Of a DNA stretch of 64,000 bases, positions 36,600 through 49,300 are shown in pieces (positions within the stretch are counted from its first letter, which is position 1; each line of letters starts with the position of its first letter). Origin of the DNA: Eledone cirrhosa. Lineage: Eukaryota. The DNA lies in assembly GCA_964016885.1 (NCBI GenBank), contig OZ024741.1, positions 188,480,001-188,544,000 of the forward strand, in the 5' to 3' direction. The position numbers were made by a program, and so were the translations under genes. Under the pieces are notes generated by a model, which was given only the letters and a program-made list of their open reading frames with translations, was not told where the DNA came from and did not search any database.

Positions 36600-37500
36600 T
36601 CAAATTTATTTTCTCGTTATTCTTTCACTAATCAATTTTCTTCTTGTCATATGACATATGCACAGGAGCTAGAGAGGTAAGTCGAAAACGGTCAGCCAGA
36701 CCATGGTGTCATTTGCCTCCAAGCACTGGGAAAACGTCTGAGGGGGCAATCCCAAACCACATGCAGTCAGGGTACCAAAAGTCACATGCTGGGCCATCTT
36801 TCATTTATAGAGATGATTGGCTGTCCTGGGATGTATTGTGCAGATCTGAAAGGGACACCTATTGCTTTCTGGGAATGTCAAAGCCAGCTGGTTTAGATGT
36901 GGGGTCCTGATTGGCAAATTTGGACTCATTCCATGATCTTCACCACTCTTCCTTCAGATCATAGTCTTCCTTGATTCCCAGAATGGTTTGCGTGATTTCA
37001 AGTGCATGTTGGGATGGTTTTCCAGGTCTCTATGGATGGGAAGGTTGGGCTTGGACTTAAGAAGTACTGTGTCATGGATCATCTTTTGACGCCACATGTG
37101 TGAAGGAGCTATATGAGAAAGAGTAGGCAACTACTGAGTAGATGTAGATTTCTGTGTGCCAGATACTATTCTCATTGCTGAGTTGAGGATGGTGTCAACT
37201 TGCTTGGCATGGCATCTCCCTGTCCAGACCAGTCAACAGTACTCAGCAACTTAATATGTGTGATAAGCACGCAATCCGGAGTGTGTGGGTGTGTACATCA
37301 GACCCCAGCTGTTTCCTGCCAACTTGCAGGTGATATTAATTCTGGTCTTGTGCTTTCCAGCAACTCTCTTTTAGATGCTCTCTGTAGATCAGGCTGGGAT
37401 CCAATGTTACACCAAGATATTTGGGGTGTGGTTCGTTCTTGACAGGCTTACCACAGAAGGAGACCTTGAGTTCCGTCCTAGTTTATCTAGTGGTGAGATG
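36600..37500 (-). mobile_element. Ingi/Vingi-clade LINE 3' fragment, heavily decayed
   Basis: Minus-strand translation PKYLGVTLDPSLIYREHL..KLAGNSWG and DPTSKPAGFDIPRKQ..ACD, resembling Vingi C-terminal motifs (from memory). Confidence 0.6.
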
Positions 37501-37939
37501 GAAGGCTGTCACAATTTGTTGTTGTTAAATGTTTTATGATTTGAAAACTCTATCTATGAACGCCATAAATTGGAGAATTGATCAACTACTTTATTTTATT
37601 AACCTCAGAAGGATGAAAGGCAAAGTTGACCTTGGCAGGATTTGAACCCAGAATATAAAGGACTGAAAATAAATGCTTGCCAGACATTTTGTCCAACACT
37701 GTAATGATTCTGCCTATCCACTACTCTTGGAGAAGAATTAATGACTTCACTTAGCATGTAGCTTCAGAATTATATGAGAGCCAAAAGGAGTTGATGGGAT
37801 ATTTTTCGAAAAAGTTTTTGATTATGTAAATGTTTTGAGAAGGTGGCGAATTGGTAGAGTTGTTAGAACGCTGGATAGAATGCTTTGTGATATTTGTTTC
37901 AGCTCTCTGCACTCTGAGTTCAAATCCCATCAAGGTCAA

Positions 37940-38265
37940 CTGGGAAGTTGGGACACTGCATTGTTGAACGCTGCACCAACTGCTTCCATCTCTGGCAGTC
38001 ATGGGCGAGTGCTTGGGTTTTGGCAAAGTTCTCTTTCCTATCCACTCAGCTATGTTGTCTGTCCAACACTTCCTCTGTCTACCCAGCCTTCTCTCTCCCC
38101 ACACTGTTCCTTGGAGAATTGTCTTAGAGAGTCCGTCCAATCTTGTCACATGCCCATACCACCTCAGCTTCCTTCTCTTCGCCGTAGTCAGCAGATCTTT
38201 AAAGTGACTCACACGCTGGGTGATTCTTTTGCGGACCTCCTTGTTCATGATGTGTTCTGTGTGAT
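37940..38265 (-). mobile_element. RTE/BovB-like LINE 3' fragment
   Basis: RRKLRWYGHVTRLDGLSKTILQGTVWGERRLGRQRKCWTDNI. Confidence 0.8.
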
Positions 38266-38287
38266 TTATATATATATATATACTCTC

Positions 38288-38835
38288 CAAGACAATGTCA
38301 CTGGACCGAGATCTTTGGCACTACACAGTCATACAGAAGACCCGCCTTACCTAAGTACAAAGTGAAACCTACTACAGTCAGTAGGCACCTCTAACAAAAA
38401 TACCCCCCCCCCCCCCCCCACCGCCACCCCTTTCGATGTAAAGTTATGTTGGTACCACAACATCCAGTCCGAAACAAATGAGGTCGTGTAGGTGTCACGA
38501 CAAAAAAAAACACAGTCCACGCTGTAATGTGGCCGTGTAGGCAACACGGTAAAAACCTCCCAGTTCCACACTGTAAACGTGGTTGGTGTTAGGAAGGGCA
38601 TCCAGCTGTAGAAAACCCGCCAGACAGTCCACGCTGTAATGTGGCCGTGTAGGCAACACGGTAAAAACCTCCCAGTTCCACACTGTAAACGTGGTTGGTG
38701 TTAGGAAGGGCATCCAGCCGTAGAAAACCCGCCAGACAGTCCTATACGAGCAGGGCAACCAATCTTGCCTCAAGTGGGAAAACTCCCGTCCAAACCCATG
38801 CAAGCGTGGAAGATGGACGTTAAATGATGATGATG
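38288..38835 (+). mobile_element. RTE LINE 3' end with internal 112-bp tandem duplication
   Basis: Reverse complement of about 32322-32780; the unit 38512-38623 is repeated at 38624-38735. Confidence 0.85.
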
Positions 38836-39506
38836 TTGATCATCATCATCATCCTCCTCCTCATCATCGTTTAATATTTATTTTCCACATAGCATGGGTT
38901 ATACAGGTTTGTCCCATTAGAGGCAAGTTGGGTCAGGTGACCGAGTCTTGCTCATATAGAACTGTTTCTGGCTAGATTTCTATGGCTGGATGCCTTTTCT
39001 AAGCTGAGCTTTTTAGTTTTAGGATGGTGAGAACTTTTGAATTTAAAACCTGTATGTATAACTTTTTAATTCCAATTACAAGCTAACTTTGATATGTAAA
39101 ATTTGGGGGTTCGCTGCATATTCTAAATCTTTTCTTGTTTATGAGCCCCCCCCCCCCCCCCCCCCCCATCTGAAGTGCCCCACACCTCCAAAGCCTAAAT
39201 CCAACCCTCAGAAGATCTGCACATTCAATCACATACTACAAATTACCCACTAATAATTTTTTAGGCCAGTCAATACTTGCAGCACTACCAAGGCTGATAG
39301 CATGGCTGAATAAACAGATGGGCATCACCTGATATGTTGACAAGGTGAGCCACCAACAATGACAGTGACTCATGTTCCTCAAACATCTCGAAAGCCATAG
39401 ACTGAAAAATTAGCTTGCTGATAATTCCTGGTTATTTAGAATTTTAATCTGTTCGTCTACAGATGCAATGACCCTCACCTTCCCGACAGTATGTGGGAAG
39501 TAGTAA

Positions 39507-39691
39507 GGGCGGTGGATTGGCAGTATCGGTAGAGGGTCGGACGCCATGCTTTCAAGCATAGTTACGTCCCTTTACGATCTGAGTTCAAATCCCGCCGAGG
39601 TTGACTTTGCCTTTCATCCTTACGGGGTCGATAAAATAAAGTACCAGTAATGCACTGGGTAATTGCTGGCCTTGTGCCTAAAGTAGAAACA
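39507..39691 (+). mobile_element. Full-length SINE family 2 copy with 19-nt TSD
   Basis: agtatgtgggaagtagtaa at 39488-39506 and again at 39692-39710. Confidence 0.92.
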
Positions 39692-40222
39692 AGTATGTGG
39701 GAAGTAGTAAAAGAGCCGCCAACAGTGGCGTCCCAAATGAGATATCTACCCCTTGTTCAGGTAAAACCATCTGGTCGCTTTCTATAAGCTATGGACAATA
39801 CAGCTGGCTCCAGAATTAAGGGGATATTGGCTCGAGCTGAGGCCTGCATGATAACAAAGTAAATGGACAAAAATAAAATATGTTTTAAAAAGGGGTTCAT
39901 GCTCAGTCTTTTAATTACATGATACAGCAGGGGAAGCAAGTGTTTCTCTCTAAACACTTGCGAAGCATTACTGCAGGTAATTGCGACAAGATAGCCTCAA
40001 CTGAAACCTCTTCGCTCATGTGTCTGCTAGATCTATTAGAAATAGAAATCAGATCTGCTTCAAATGACACACACACAAAAAATAAAAGACATTGGATAAT
40101 GTTGTCCTACATATGCTGTATCTAAGAAAAAAAAAAAAAAAGATAGGCTGGTCATTGCTGGGAGGTGATTGACAAAAGCTGACCTGGAGCTATAACATTT
40201 AAGAATTGCGAGAAAAACATAC

Positions 40223-40410
40223 CAACCGGCTTAACATATTACAGTCACGTGCTTGTAACTAAAGTTATCTCCCTTTATTCCCTAACTTTATTTTCATTTC
40301 GGTTGAGAATTCTTTCGATATTACAGTTGGATTTCTCAGGTTCCAGAATAAGTAGATTCTTCACTGTTCCACCCAAATTCGACTTCAACCGGAAGTGATC
40401 GCCGAGGAAA
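40223..40410 (-). promoter_or_regulatory. Candidate promoter / non-coding first exon of a divergent minus-strand gene
   Basis: Apparently unique sequence with several CpGs, ETS site CCGGAAGT (40389-40396), E-box CACGTG (40246-40251) and minus-strand donor TG|GTATGT at 40222. Confidence 0.35.
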
Positions 40411-41073
40411 TAAATTAAAATATGCCTTAATCTTTCATTTAATTCTTCCATTAAACAAAAATAGTTTTATGTTCTAAAACTCAGTGAAATCCAAGCCCTT
40501 TCCAAAATATTCCAGTGTTCACTTAAAAAAAAACCAAAGTGACTTCAAAACACGAGCCAACTAGGAGCCTCTACATGGTCATTTGACCTGCTAGATACCG
40601 CAGCCAGATCTCTCTTAAATCAATTCCTACTATCATAAAAAGAAACGTAATGGAACAAATACTGCTAAGTAATTGTCTGATTATCTAACGACCCTGCTAA
40701 CCCGTCGCCCTTGTCTACTTTATAAACAAATATAAATTCTACGGTATGAATTTTTGAGATAAAATGAAATGTTTGTAATTTGAAGAATTACAATATTTTC
40801 ATAAGGTCAATTCCTCAAAGGTCACTTCCGCAAGTTATGTGTAGGGGGAGGGGGAGGGAGGTGGTTCTATTCAGTGTCCACCCCGTAACTTTGTTTCTTC
40901 ATAACCCTTTTTTTTAAATACATATTTTTCAATGACATTATTCAAAGATACGTTTCCTAATTCATAGTTGTAGAAACCAGGACCAGATTTAGACCTTGGG
41001 AGGCCCGGGACAGTTAGGTTTGATGGCCCTTCACACAATAACTGACACACACACATATATATATATACACACA

Positions 41074-41226
41074 CAGTGCCGGGTTTAGGACAAATGAGGC
41101 CTTGTGCTAGTTAAATTATGTAGGCCCCGAAGGAGGTAAAACATTTTTGGCAGGAAGATGGGCCCCTCCTGGCCAACGAGGCCCTGTGCTTAAGCACGCC
41201 TAAATATAATAGTAAATCCGGCACTG
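41074..41226. mobile_element. hAT-type MITE
   Basis: TIRs CAGTGCCGGGTTTA..TAAATCCGGCACTG; flanks tacacaca / taaataca (degenerate 8-bp TSD). Confidence 0.7.
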
Positions 41227-41241
41227 TAAATACAAATAACC

Positions 41242-41315
<74 letters not shown>

Positions 41316-41429
41316 AAGGTACCAGGATCTCTGTTTGAAGTTTGATGAGGGGCCCAAGCTTGGTAGAATCGACATTACATTCGTGTAGAAGAAAAAATAC
41401 AATTCCTGATGGATATCAATTATTATCAT

Positions 41430-42115
41430 CTGGCCTTGTCGTGTGCTCCGTAAATCCGAGAGAGTATTACTGTATAGAGCTTTTCATTTGGTAGAGTCAC
41501 CCTAGGCGGGCCGGTCTCCCGGGGAGGTCCAGACCAACGGTGACCTACGGCGCGTTGGCTCGTTACCAAGATGGCAGCCACATCATCCGACTATTCTGCA
41601 AAGGACCAACAACCATCAGAAGAACCATCAACCTGTTACGAAACCTGATTGCCCAACATTGGAACGGACCCCTGCTTGTCTCTCACCAACGAGAAATTGA
41701 CACGCTACAAAATTTGTGTTACCATATGGAATGTCCTGTCGCTCCTTCGCCCTGGGGCAGCCACTCTGCTGTCTTGAGAGCTATCATACTAGAGCATCAC
41801 ACTGGCTGAACTCTGCGAGACAGCGGCGAATTCATCAGGGGAGATCAGCATTGGGCCTCGCAAAGCCCAATGGTGATCTCATTATCAGAGGTAGGAGAAT
41901 TAAGAAAAAGGGGGAAAACAGTTTAAAATATGAGAATGCGTACTAAAATATCGCTACACCAATGTTACGTGCCTAGACAATGTGGGAAATGTTCTCTGTC
42001 ATGATTCCAGCAGACAGAATGGACAGAGCGTTGCCTCAGAGGATGGCGAGGGAGACTTGTTGAAATAGCCATTCCAACTCACGGAGCTCACTCCAACGGG
42101 TGACTAACTTCACCC
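41430..42115 (+). mobile_element. Internally deleted RTE element (5'UTR, endonuclease N-terminus, possible 3' end)
   Basis: 5' ggccttgtcgtg...ggtagagtcaccc-aggcgg..ggtc..gaggtccagac resembles the RTE/Expander 5'UTR. KICVTIWNV-LSLLRPGAATLLS*EL..LAELCET resembles the APE motif I.TWNVRTL..L.ET. Confidence 0.6.
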
Positions 42116-43094
42116 GATATCTGTCCGGAGGTGGTCCGGGGACCAAGAACGTCAGAAGTCTCGACCGCTACAGTTTATAGACAGAACCGTAGAATACGAA
42201 GGAACCTTTAATTAGCAAGATCTCGTTGTAGTTATCGTCTAGCCCCATGGTCGGACAAATATATAATTAAAAAGGTCTCAGATAGGACCATTCCTATAAG
42301 TCCTTTCCTTTTTTTAAGATGGCAGAGTGTAATTTGAGGGAAAATCGGCTGTTATTTCTAGCAAGGCTCGTATCCACGTAGCAACCTCGTTTTGTTATTG
42401 AATGAAAATTCATAAAAAAAGAGAGGTATATATTGTGTTGTGAAATAAAATAAAAAGTAATATTACGTAAAATCTATTGTTCTTCTTTAAGAAGGTAGCC
42501 TTTTGGACAGAGCAGTCTGAGGTCGAGCAAATTTATTATATTTTGATATCGTGGCCCGCCGACGAGACGCTGCATAGCAATGTGGTCCCCACACCCAAAC
42601 GGTTGCTGACCCCTGTGCTAAGCTTTACTGTGTCCCTTCAAAGTTGTCAGGCCGTAGTTAACCATGGATCAAGGTTTCAGAAACTGCGAGAGAAAGCTGT
42701 TTTCGCTATATGCTGCCTTTAATCAATGTTTTATTTTGAACATTGCGTAGCTACACTGCTAAACACGTGATTAAAGAATGAATGATGTGTTTTCTTTCTT
42801 TCAATTTACTTGTTTGCCGTGTCATTTAAACTATCAGTTTGGAGTTATAGTTAATTAAATCGACCCTAGTACTTTATTTTATCTTCCCTGGAAATATGAA
42901 AGCCAACAAAATTGATTGCAGTGTTATTTGAACTCCGAACCGAAAGAAACATAACTAAATGCTGCAAACTATTTTGTCCGATGCGATAGTTTAATAATCA
43001 GATTTTAATCTTATGTAGCTCATATTTTTCTTTCAAAAATAAAGCATTACGCAATAAGAAAGTGCAGAAAACTATTTTGCCAGAGTATTTGTAT

Positions 43095-43190
43095 AATTAA
43101 TCCGACCGGAAGATTTGAAAGGGAGGAATATATCTGCGAATGTCATTGCCCTTCATTTAGAGGGCGACTACTTTTCCAACATGGCATCGT
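43095..43190 (+). promoter_or_regulatory. Putative LRPPRC core promoter / short 5'UTR
   Basis: ETS-like CCGGAAG at 43106-43112; YY1-like CAACATGGC overlapping the ATG; no obvious TATA box. Confidence 0.45.
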
Positions 43191-43320
43191 TGATTCGAGC
43201 GGCTCGGATCTGCAGAATTTTACCTGCTTTTACTTCACATTTCACCAAACTATCACCTCTCACTAGAAATGTCTGTTTGAAAGCACAAACATGTTTTCCG
43301 AAAAATCAAATGATACCCAG
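43181..43320 (+). CDS. LRPPRC: LRPPRC exon 1 (mitochondrial targeting peptide)
   Basis: [46 protein letters not shown], Arg/Ser/Leu-rich with no acidic residues; donor AG|GTAAAT, phase 2. Confidence 0.85.
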
Positions 43321-46300
43321 GTAAATTTACTTTATATTTGAATACATAGACACGCACACATATATGTATACATGAGGGATAGTTAATTTAGAAGGGATTT
43401 ATATAAAAAAAGCAACTACACATTTAATAGTTTATATACCGGCAAATGTTAAATATTTAAGTAAACTTACTATACGTGGATATATATGTATATATGTGCA
43501 TTTACATATACATTTAGTGATAATTGATTTAGAAGAGTACATTGAGGTGTATTAAAAAAAAACATGTGCGCGTATAAATAGCCTATACACCGGCAAATGT
43601 TATTGACAGAAAAATACGTCTCTAATTTACTCTCTCTTTTCTGATTACCAATTATTGTAATATGATCATGATCCTTAAAAGTTGTTAACAAAATTGCATT
43701 AGTAACACGAATTTTTTTTTATTTTGCCCTAAACAATTTTACGACTTCCCATTCATATATTTCAACGCAGTGATATCTAATAAAGATGAAAAAGAATACA
43801 ATAAACTAAACTGAAATAAATAAACTATTTTTTCATTCCATACATTAAAAACTTTAAAAACCCATTACATACAATCTGACCCCTTTAACCTTTTACCCCC
43901 CCCCCCCCTCTCCCCTTTTAGTCAGACATCGCATTTTCAAGGTTGATCATTACGATGTCATTTTCTAACAACAGTTTGTTGATTTCATTGATAGTTTTGT
44001 TCTGTTTTGTCAAATTACTTATTTTCTTCCTTCGTAAAAATATTCGTTTTAATGAAATTTTGCTGTGATTACTTTTTTTTACTGAGACTGTTGGGACGGA
44101 GGTTAGGAAGAAAGTATCCTTAAACCGGAAACCAAACCTAGCTCGAATACTTTCTACAGAGTGGCTCCGCTAATTGTATTCAAAGACCAGGTGGAGGTGT
44201 TAAACTGAGCGACGGCTTCAGTCTACCACCCAAATTGGTTACTATAGTATTTGAGCTATAGGACAATCTCGTTCGACGTTCAAACTGAACTGATAAACGT
44301 CGAAAGGCATAGTTAACTTCAGCGGGATGTCTACTAAGAGCGCAAAGAGCCGGAACAAATACCGCAAGACATTTTGTCTTATGCTTTAACGACGCTGCCA
44401 ATTCGCCACTTTTATCTGTATTTGATATAAATAGCCTATGTATCATATTTGGTTAAACACAAAAAAAACTAGCCTTCTTTTCCAAATATTTTTGTTGTTT
44501 AGCTACAGGTCCACCGTAAACACCCGTCTTCAAGGGGCATCTAGGACAACACTATCTAACATCTTCGTACCCTTTTTTTTAAATTTAATTTGAGGAACAT
44601 TTGGTTGTTATTTATGGTAGGTTGAGTGACTACTTAGAAGCTCCACTGTTAACTCGTTTGAACTTTATCTCCACGAATGTAGTGGGTTTCTTTTACATTT
44701 AAAATAAAACTAATAAGGTAAAATATAGCATAAAAGATGTTGAAATATCAACGTGGTCGCTTGATTTATTAGTAATAAGCAGCCAAATTTCCTTCATTAC
44801 ACCATATTATATTTAAGAGAAAAAGACTGGATAGAAACCGCCATGAAGTTACGCATCATTTTGGCAGTTTCGGTAGAGAGTCGGATGCCATGCTTTCCAG
44901 CATAGTTACGTCCCTTTACAGTCTGAGTTCACTTTGCCTTTCATCCTTACGGGGTCGATAAATAAAGTACCAGTAATGTACTGGGTAATTGCTGGCCTTG
45001 TACCAAAAGTAGAAACAATTACAATTTAATGCCCGTTTTTCTCTGCAAGCAAGAGTTGTACGGGTTATAGACGAAGTCAATATTTAATCGGAGCTATAGA
45101 CCTCTCAGATGGGCCAGGGACTCACTCCTCACTTAGATACGTTCATGTGCTCTGTAGAATGACACAAGTGCATTTTATCTTGGCAACAGCACTAGAGAAA
45201 TTGTTGTCTTTGACACAGCTGAAGCTTTCTCCCAACCCTTTGTTTGTTAGGTTTACTATGGTTGGATGCATTTCCTATCACCAAGTACTTTATACATTGT
45301 ACTGGGTGCATTTATCGTGTAGATCACCAACACTGGAGAGGTTGTCAAGCCCTTGATACAACTGAAGAGTCCTCTTGGTTATTTCTTGGCATGGTTTCTA
45401 CAGCTGGATGCCCTTCCTATCACCAAGCGTCTTACAGGATGTACTAGGTGTCTCGTGGTACCAACACTAGAGAGGGTGCTGTGTAATGACTGAAGGATCC
45501 TCTCAACTCTATTTGGTATGGGGTTTCTTTAGTTGGAAGCTCTTCTTAACACCAGCCACTTTACAGAATGTACAGGGTGCATTTTATCATGGTGCCAACA
45601 CTCAATTGAAGAAACCGTCTTACCTTATACGGGGTAGGGGAGGGGGAGTGCCATGGATAAGGGACAGTGAGGGGTGACAAGTGGCATGGATGCATGACAG
45701 GTGTGTTGGGAATGGTAAGAAAGTATGTCATGAGTGCATAAGTGTTTTGGGAATTGAGAGGGCAGGGAGTAATCTCAAATAGAGAGGAGGTACAGTGATG
45801 ATGCAGACAGCTACTAAAGGGAAAGTGATGTGAGGGATGGTTGTACAGTGGTAGTAGCTACTAAGGAGTTGTGATTTATGTTTTAGGATTTAACCCTTTA
45901 GCATTTAAACTGGCTGTATCCTGCCAGAATTCTCTTGCTTCTTTCTATTCAAACCAGCTGTAACTGGTCGCTCATACTGATGTTAAGGTATTGTCCTCAA
46001 AATCTCATAGATTCGATATTATGTGAGATAAAGCCTTTACCATGAAAATATAATAGTATTTATAGAGTAATGTAAATGCTAAAGGGTTAAAGAGTGTACA
46101 GTGAGGATAGTTACTATGAGAGAGGGTCACGTGAATGGGTCAGGTCACAGTAAGCAGGTCTTTTTCAGTGAGCGTGTCCTCAATCTTTGTGGCCCTCCAT
46201 TGTGAGGTTAAGCTTCTTAAGGTTGGTCCTCACTACCTTATCTCATGTCTTCCTGGGTCTACTTCTATGAGACCCATTTACTGAAATTTGTACTTAATAC

Positions 46301-49300
46301 AGCTGTTTTGGAATCTTAGTAATGTTTATTTGGATTGATTTTTCAACTGCAGTGAAAGCTCGTGTGAGTGGTTGTAATTTGGCTGCACTTTCTATCTATA
46401 GTGGACACTGTTTTGAGTAGTGGCCATGGATATTCACCTTTCAAACATGGTAGAAATTGTTCTGAGAAGTGGTCACAATTTTGGAAATATTCCAAGTTTT
46501 CAGACAAAATGGCTCTCTATGACAGGAGAGTGAAATAGTCTCAAATTTTTTGTTTATCGATCTTGGGGATTTCGTAGTTAAACAGAATTTACATCTGGCT
46601 TCATCAATATATGTTGGTTGTATCTGATCTTAACCTTTTCATTACCATATTTCTAATACAATACACTACATTTAAATTAATTACTGAAAAATCCAAATTT
46701 TTCAGTAATTTTAATTAAGATGGTAATTCTAACAATGAAAGGTTCTTATATAAAATTATGTTGGAAGATTTTAAATCAAAACGATTTATAATTACTGGAT
46801 TCAGTGCATAGCAGCAATAACAGTTTTAGGCAGTTTTGATAGGGTTAAAGGAGATGCAAGTTATGTTTAACTGAGAAATTACAAATTCCCAGAAAAATTT
46901 AAAAATCAAAGCAAGTTAGTCCTCTCCATATGTTAGACATTTGCCAGTCCACCATTGTCATCTTCCCTACATAATAGTATTGCAAACAATTCTCAAGAGT
47001 TAGTTGTCAGCATTACCAACACCCACTATAGCCCAGTACAACCTTATATCTAAGCAATGAGAGTTGATCCAACCTGTGTTTTACCAGCTCAACATTTCCT
47101 AAAAGAATCTGTTCATGTATTGTCATCTGTGCAAGTCGAAATTAATTCACTGTTTTTGTTAAAGATTGGGATAGGGTGATTAATCATCATCATCATCGTT
47201 TAACGTCCATGTTCCACGCTTGCATGGGTTTGGACGGGAGTTTTCCCACTTGAGGCAAGAGTGGTTGTCTTGCATAGGATTGTCTGGCGGGTTTTCTACA
47301 GCTGGATGCCCTTCCTAACACCAACCACATTTACAGTGTGGAACTGGGAGGTTTTTACCGTGTTACCTACACGGCCACATTACAGCGTGGACTGTGTGTT
47401 TTTTTGTCGTGACACCTACACGACCTCATTTGTTTCGGCCTGGATGTTGTGGCACCAACATAACTTTACATTGAAAGGGGCGGTGTGGATGGGACGGGGG
47501 TGTATTTTGTTAGAGATGCCTACTGACTGTAGTAGGTTTTACTTTGTATTTAGGTAAGGCGGGTCTTCTCTATTACTGAGTACCGCCAAAGATCTCGGTC
47601 CAGTGACATTGTCTTAGAGAGGTGTAAGTGTGTGAGGTCGGAATTTATCAGGTCGTCCCAGGTTTTTCTGGGTCTGCCTACTCCGTGGCTACCGTCTATC
47701 TTTATTGCCCTGCACTTTTTTATACAGCTGTCGTCTTTCATGCGCATCATATAATATATATATATTTATATTTATATATATATATATATATATAAGTATG
47801 TTTTGAAACAGTGAGCAAGTTTGAAATTAGAAATATAAGCTTTCACCATATTTTTGACTAAAGAAATTTTTAGCCTGATAGTGGGGTTTAGAACCCTCAG
47901 AGAGTAAAAAATACGGTGAAAGCTTATATTTCTAATTTCTTATATATATATATATATAGGCAAAGAGATATTTGTTGGTTATTCAACAAATTTATTTATA
48001 ACAGATTCGAAGCACTCTACAGTCTATCCAAACTGAACTTAAAACGATAAGTTCTTGTTTTTTTGGATATGTCAATATTTATATAACAACTTTTGTATTT
48101 TATCTGATGAGAGCGTACCAAAATTTTGGTACCCTTGAAATAAATATAAAATAAATATGGTTTTATAAAGATAGTTTCCATTTATTAATATCATTGATAT
48201 ATATATATATATATACATATCGAAAGTGAGTTAGCTTAATGTAAGCTGCTTTAATGTTTTTTGTTGTTGATAAAAATAGTCAAATAAGTGGAAAAAGTGG
48301 ACAGTATTATCTATGCCCAACTTGTTTGACTATTTTTCAGAGTAAAGCAAACCAGCTTACATTAAGCTAACATACTTTCAAAATTCAAAGCTTCTTGAAT
48401 ATGATTGATTCTTTATATATATATATATATTTATACATACACAGGTTGTCCCCAAAAATGTATGCACACTTTTATTACCTGTACAGGCAATATTTATTAG
48501 AATGCTGTTGAAGTGTGTATACATTTTTTGGGATACCCTGTATATATATATATACACACATACACATACACAGACACACCCCACACACTTTATTCTTTTT
48601 TTTATATACTATTTTAAATCATATTTGACTTATCTATGTTTGTAATATATAGATGTCTGAGTACCCAGGCTGAAGTTGCTCCACTAGCCATGGATCATGG
48701 CTTTGCACCTTCTTACAGGAGTAATTCTGAAAGACTTACGATCAATGTGGAGACAAATCTTTATAAATTTGGCCGAGTCTCTTTCAATCAAGTCCGGGAC
48801 TTAATACAAGAAATTGAGAAAGCAGGTATGTTAAAACCTTTTTTTTTTCTAATGTCATTTCAATGTTTGATTTTGCTCCAAAAATGAGAAATATTTTTTA
48901 CACCAAATGTATTAATGAAAATAATGTTTTTACAAAATATTTTCATTCATCATCATCAGTACTTTATTTTATTGACCCTGGAAGGATGAAAGGTAAAGTT
49001 GACCTTGGTGTGATTTGAACTCAAAGCACATTTAATTATGACTCTCGACATTTACTGCTGGCCTTGTGCTAATGTTAGAAGGAATCATTTTATGTCTTAT
49101 TTCCATACTGGCATAAGTTGGATAGGTTTCCAAGGTCTGAGTCAGTTCTTATTCAGAGTTGCTTCTCTCCTAGACTGGTGGTGGTGGAAGGGGACATGTC
49201 CCAAGTACTGTTCAATTTTTGGCATAGTCTTTTAGTTGGATACTCGTCCTAGCACCAACTACTCAACAATGTACTGGGTGCATCTTATTGTAGTTCCAGA

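Noticed and set aside
47874-47903. CTGATAG-hairpin-GAGA hammerhead look-alike
   Set aside because: The core is not CUGANGA/GAAA and no helix I or III could be formed.
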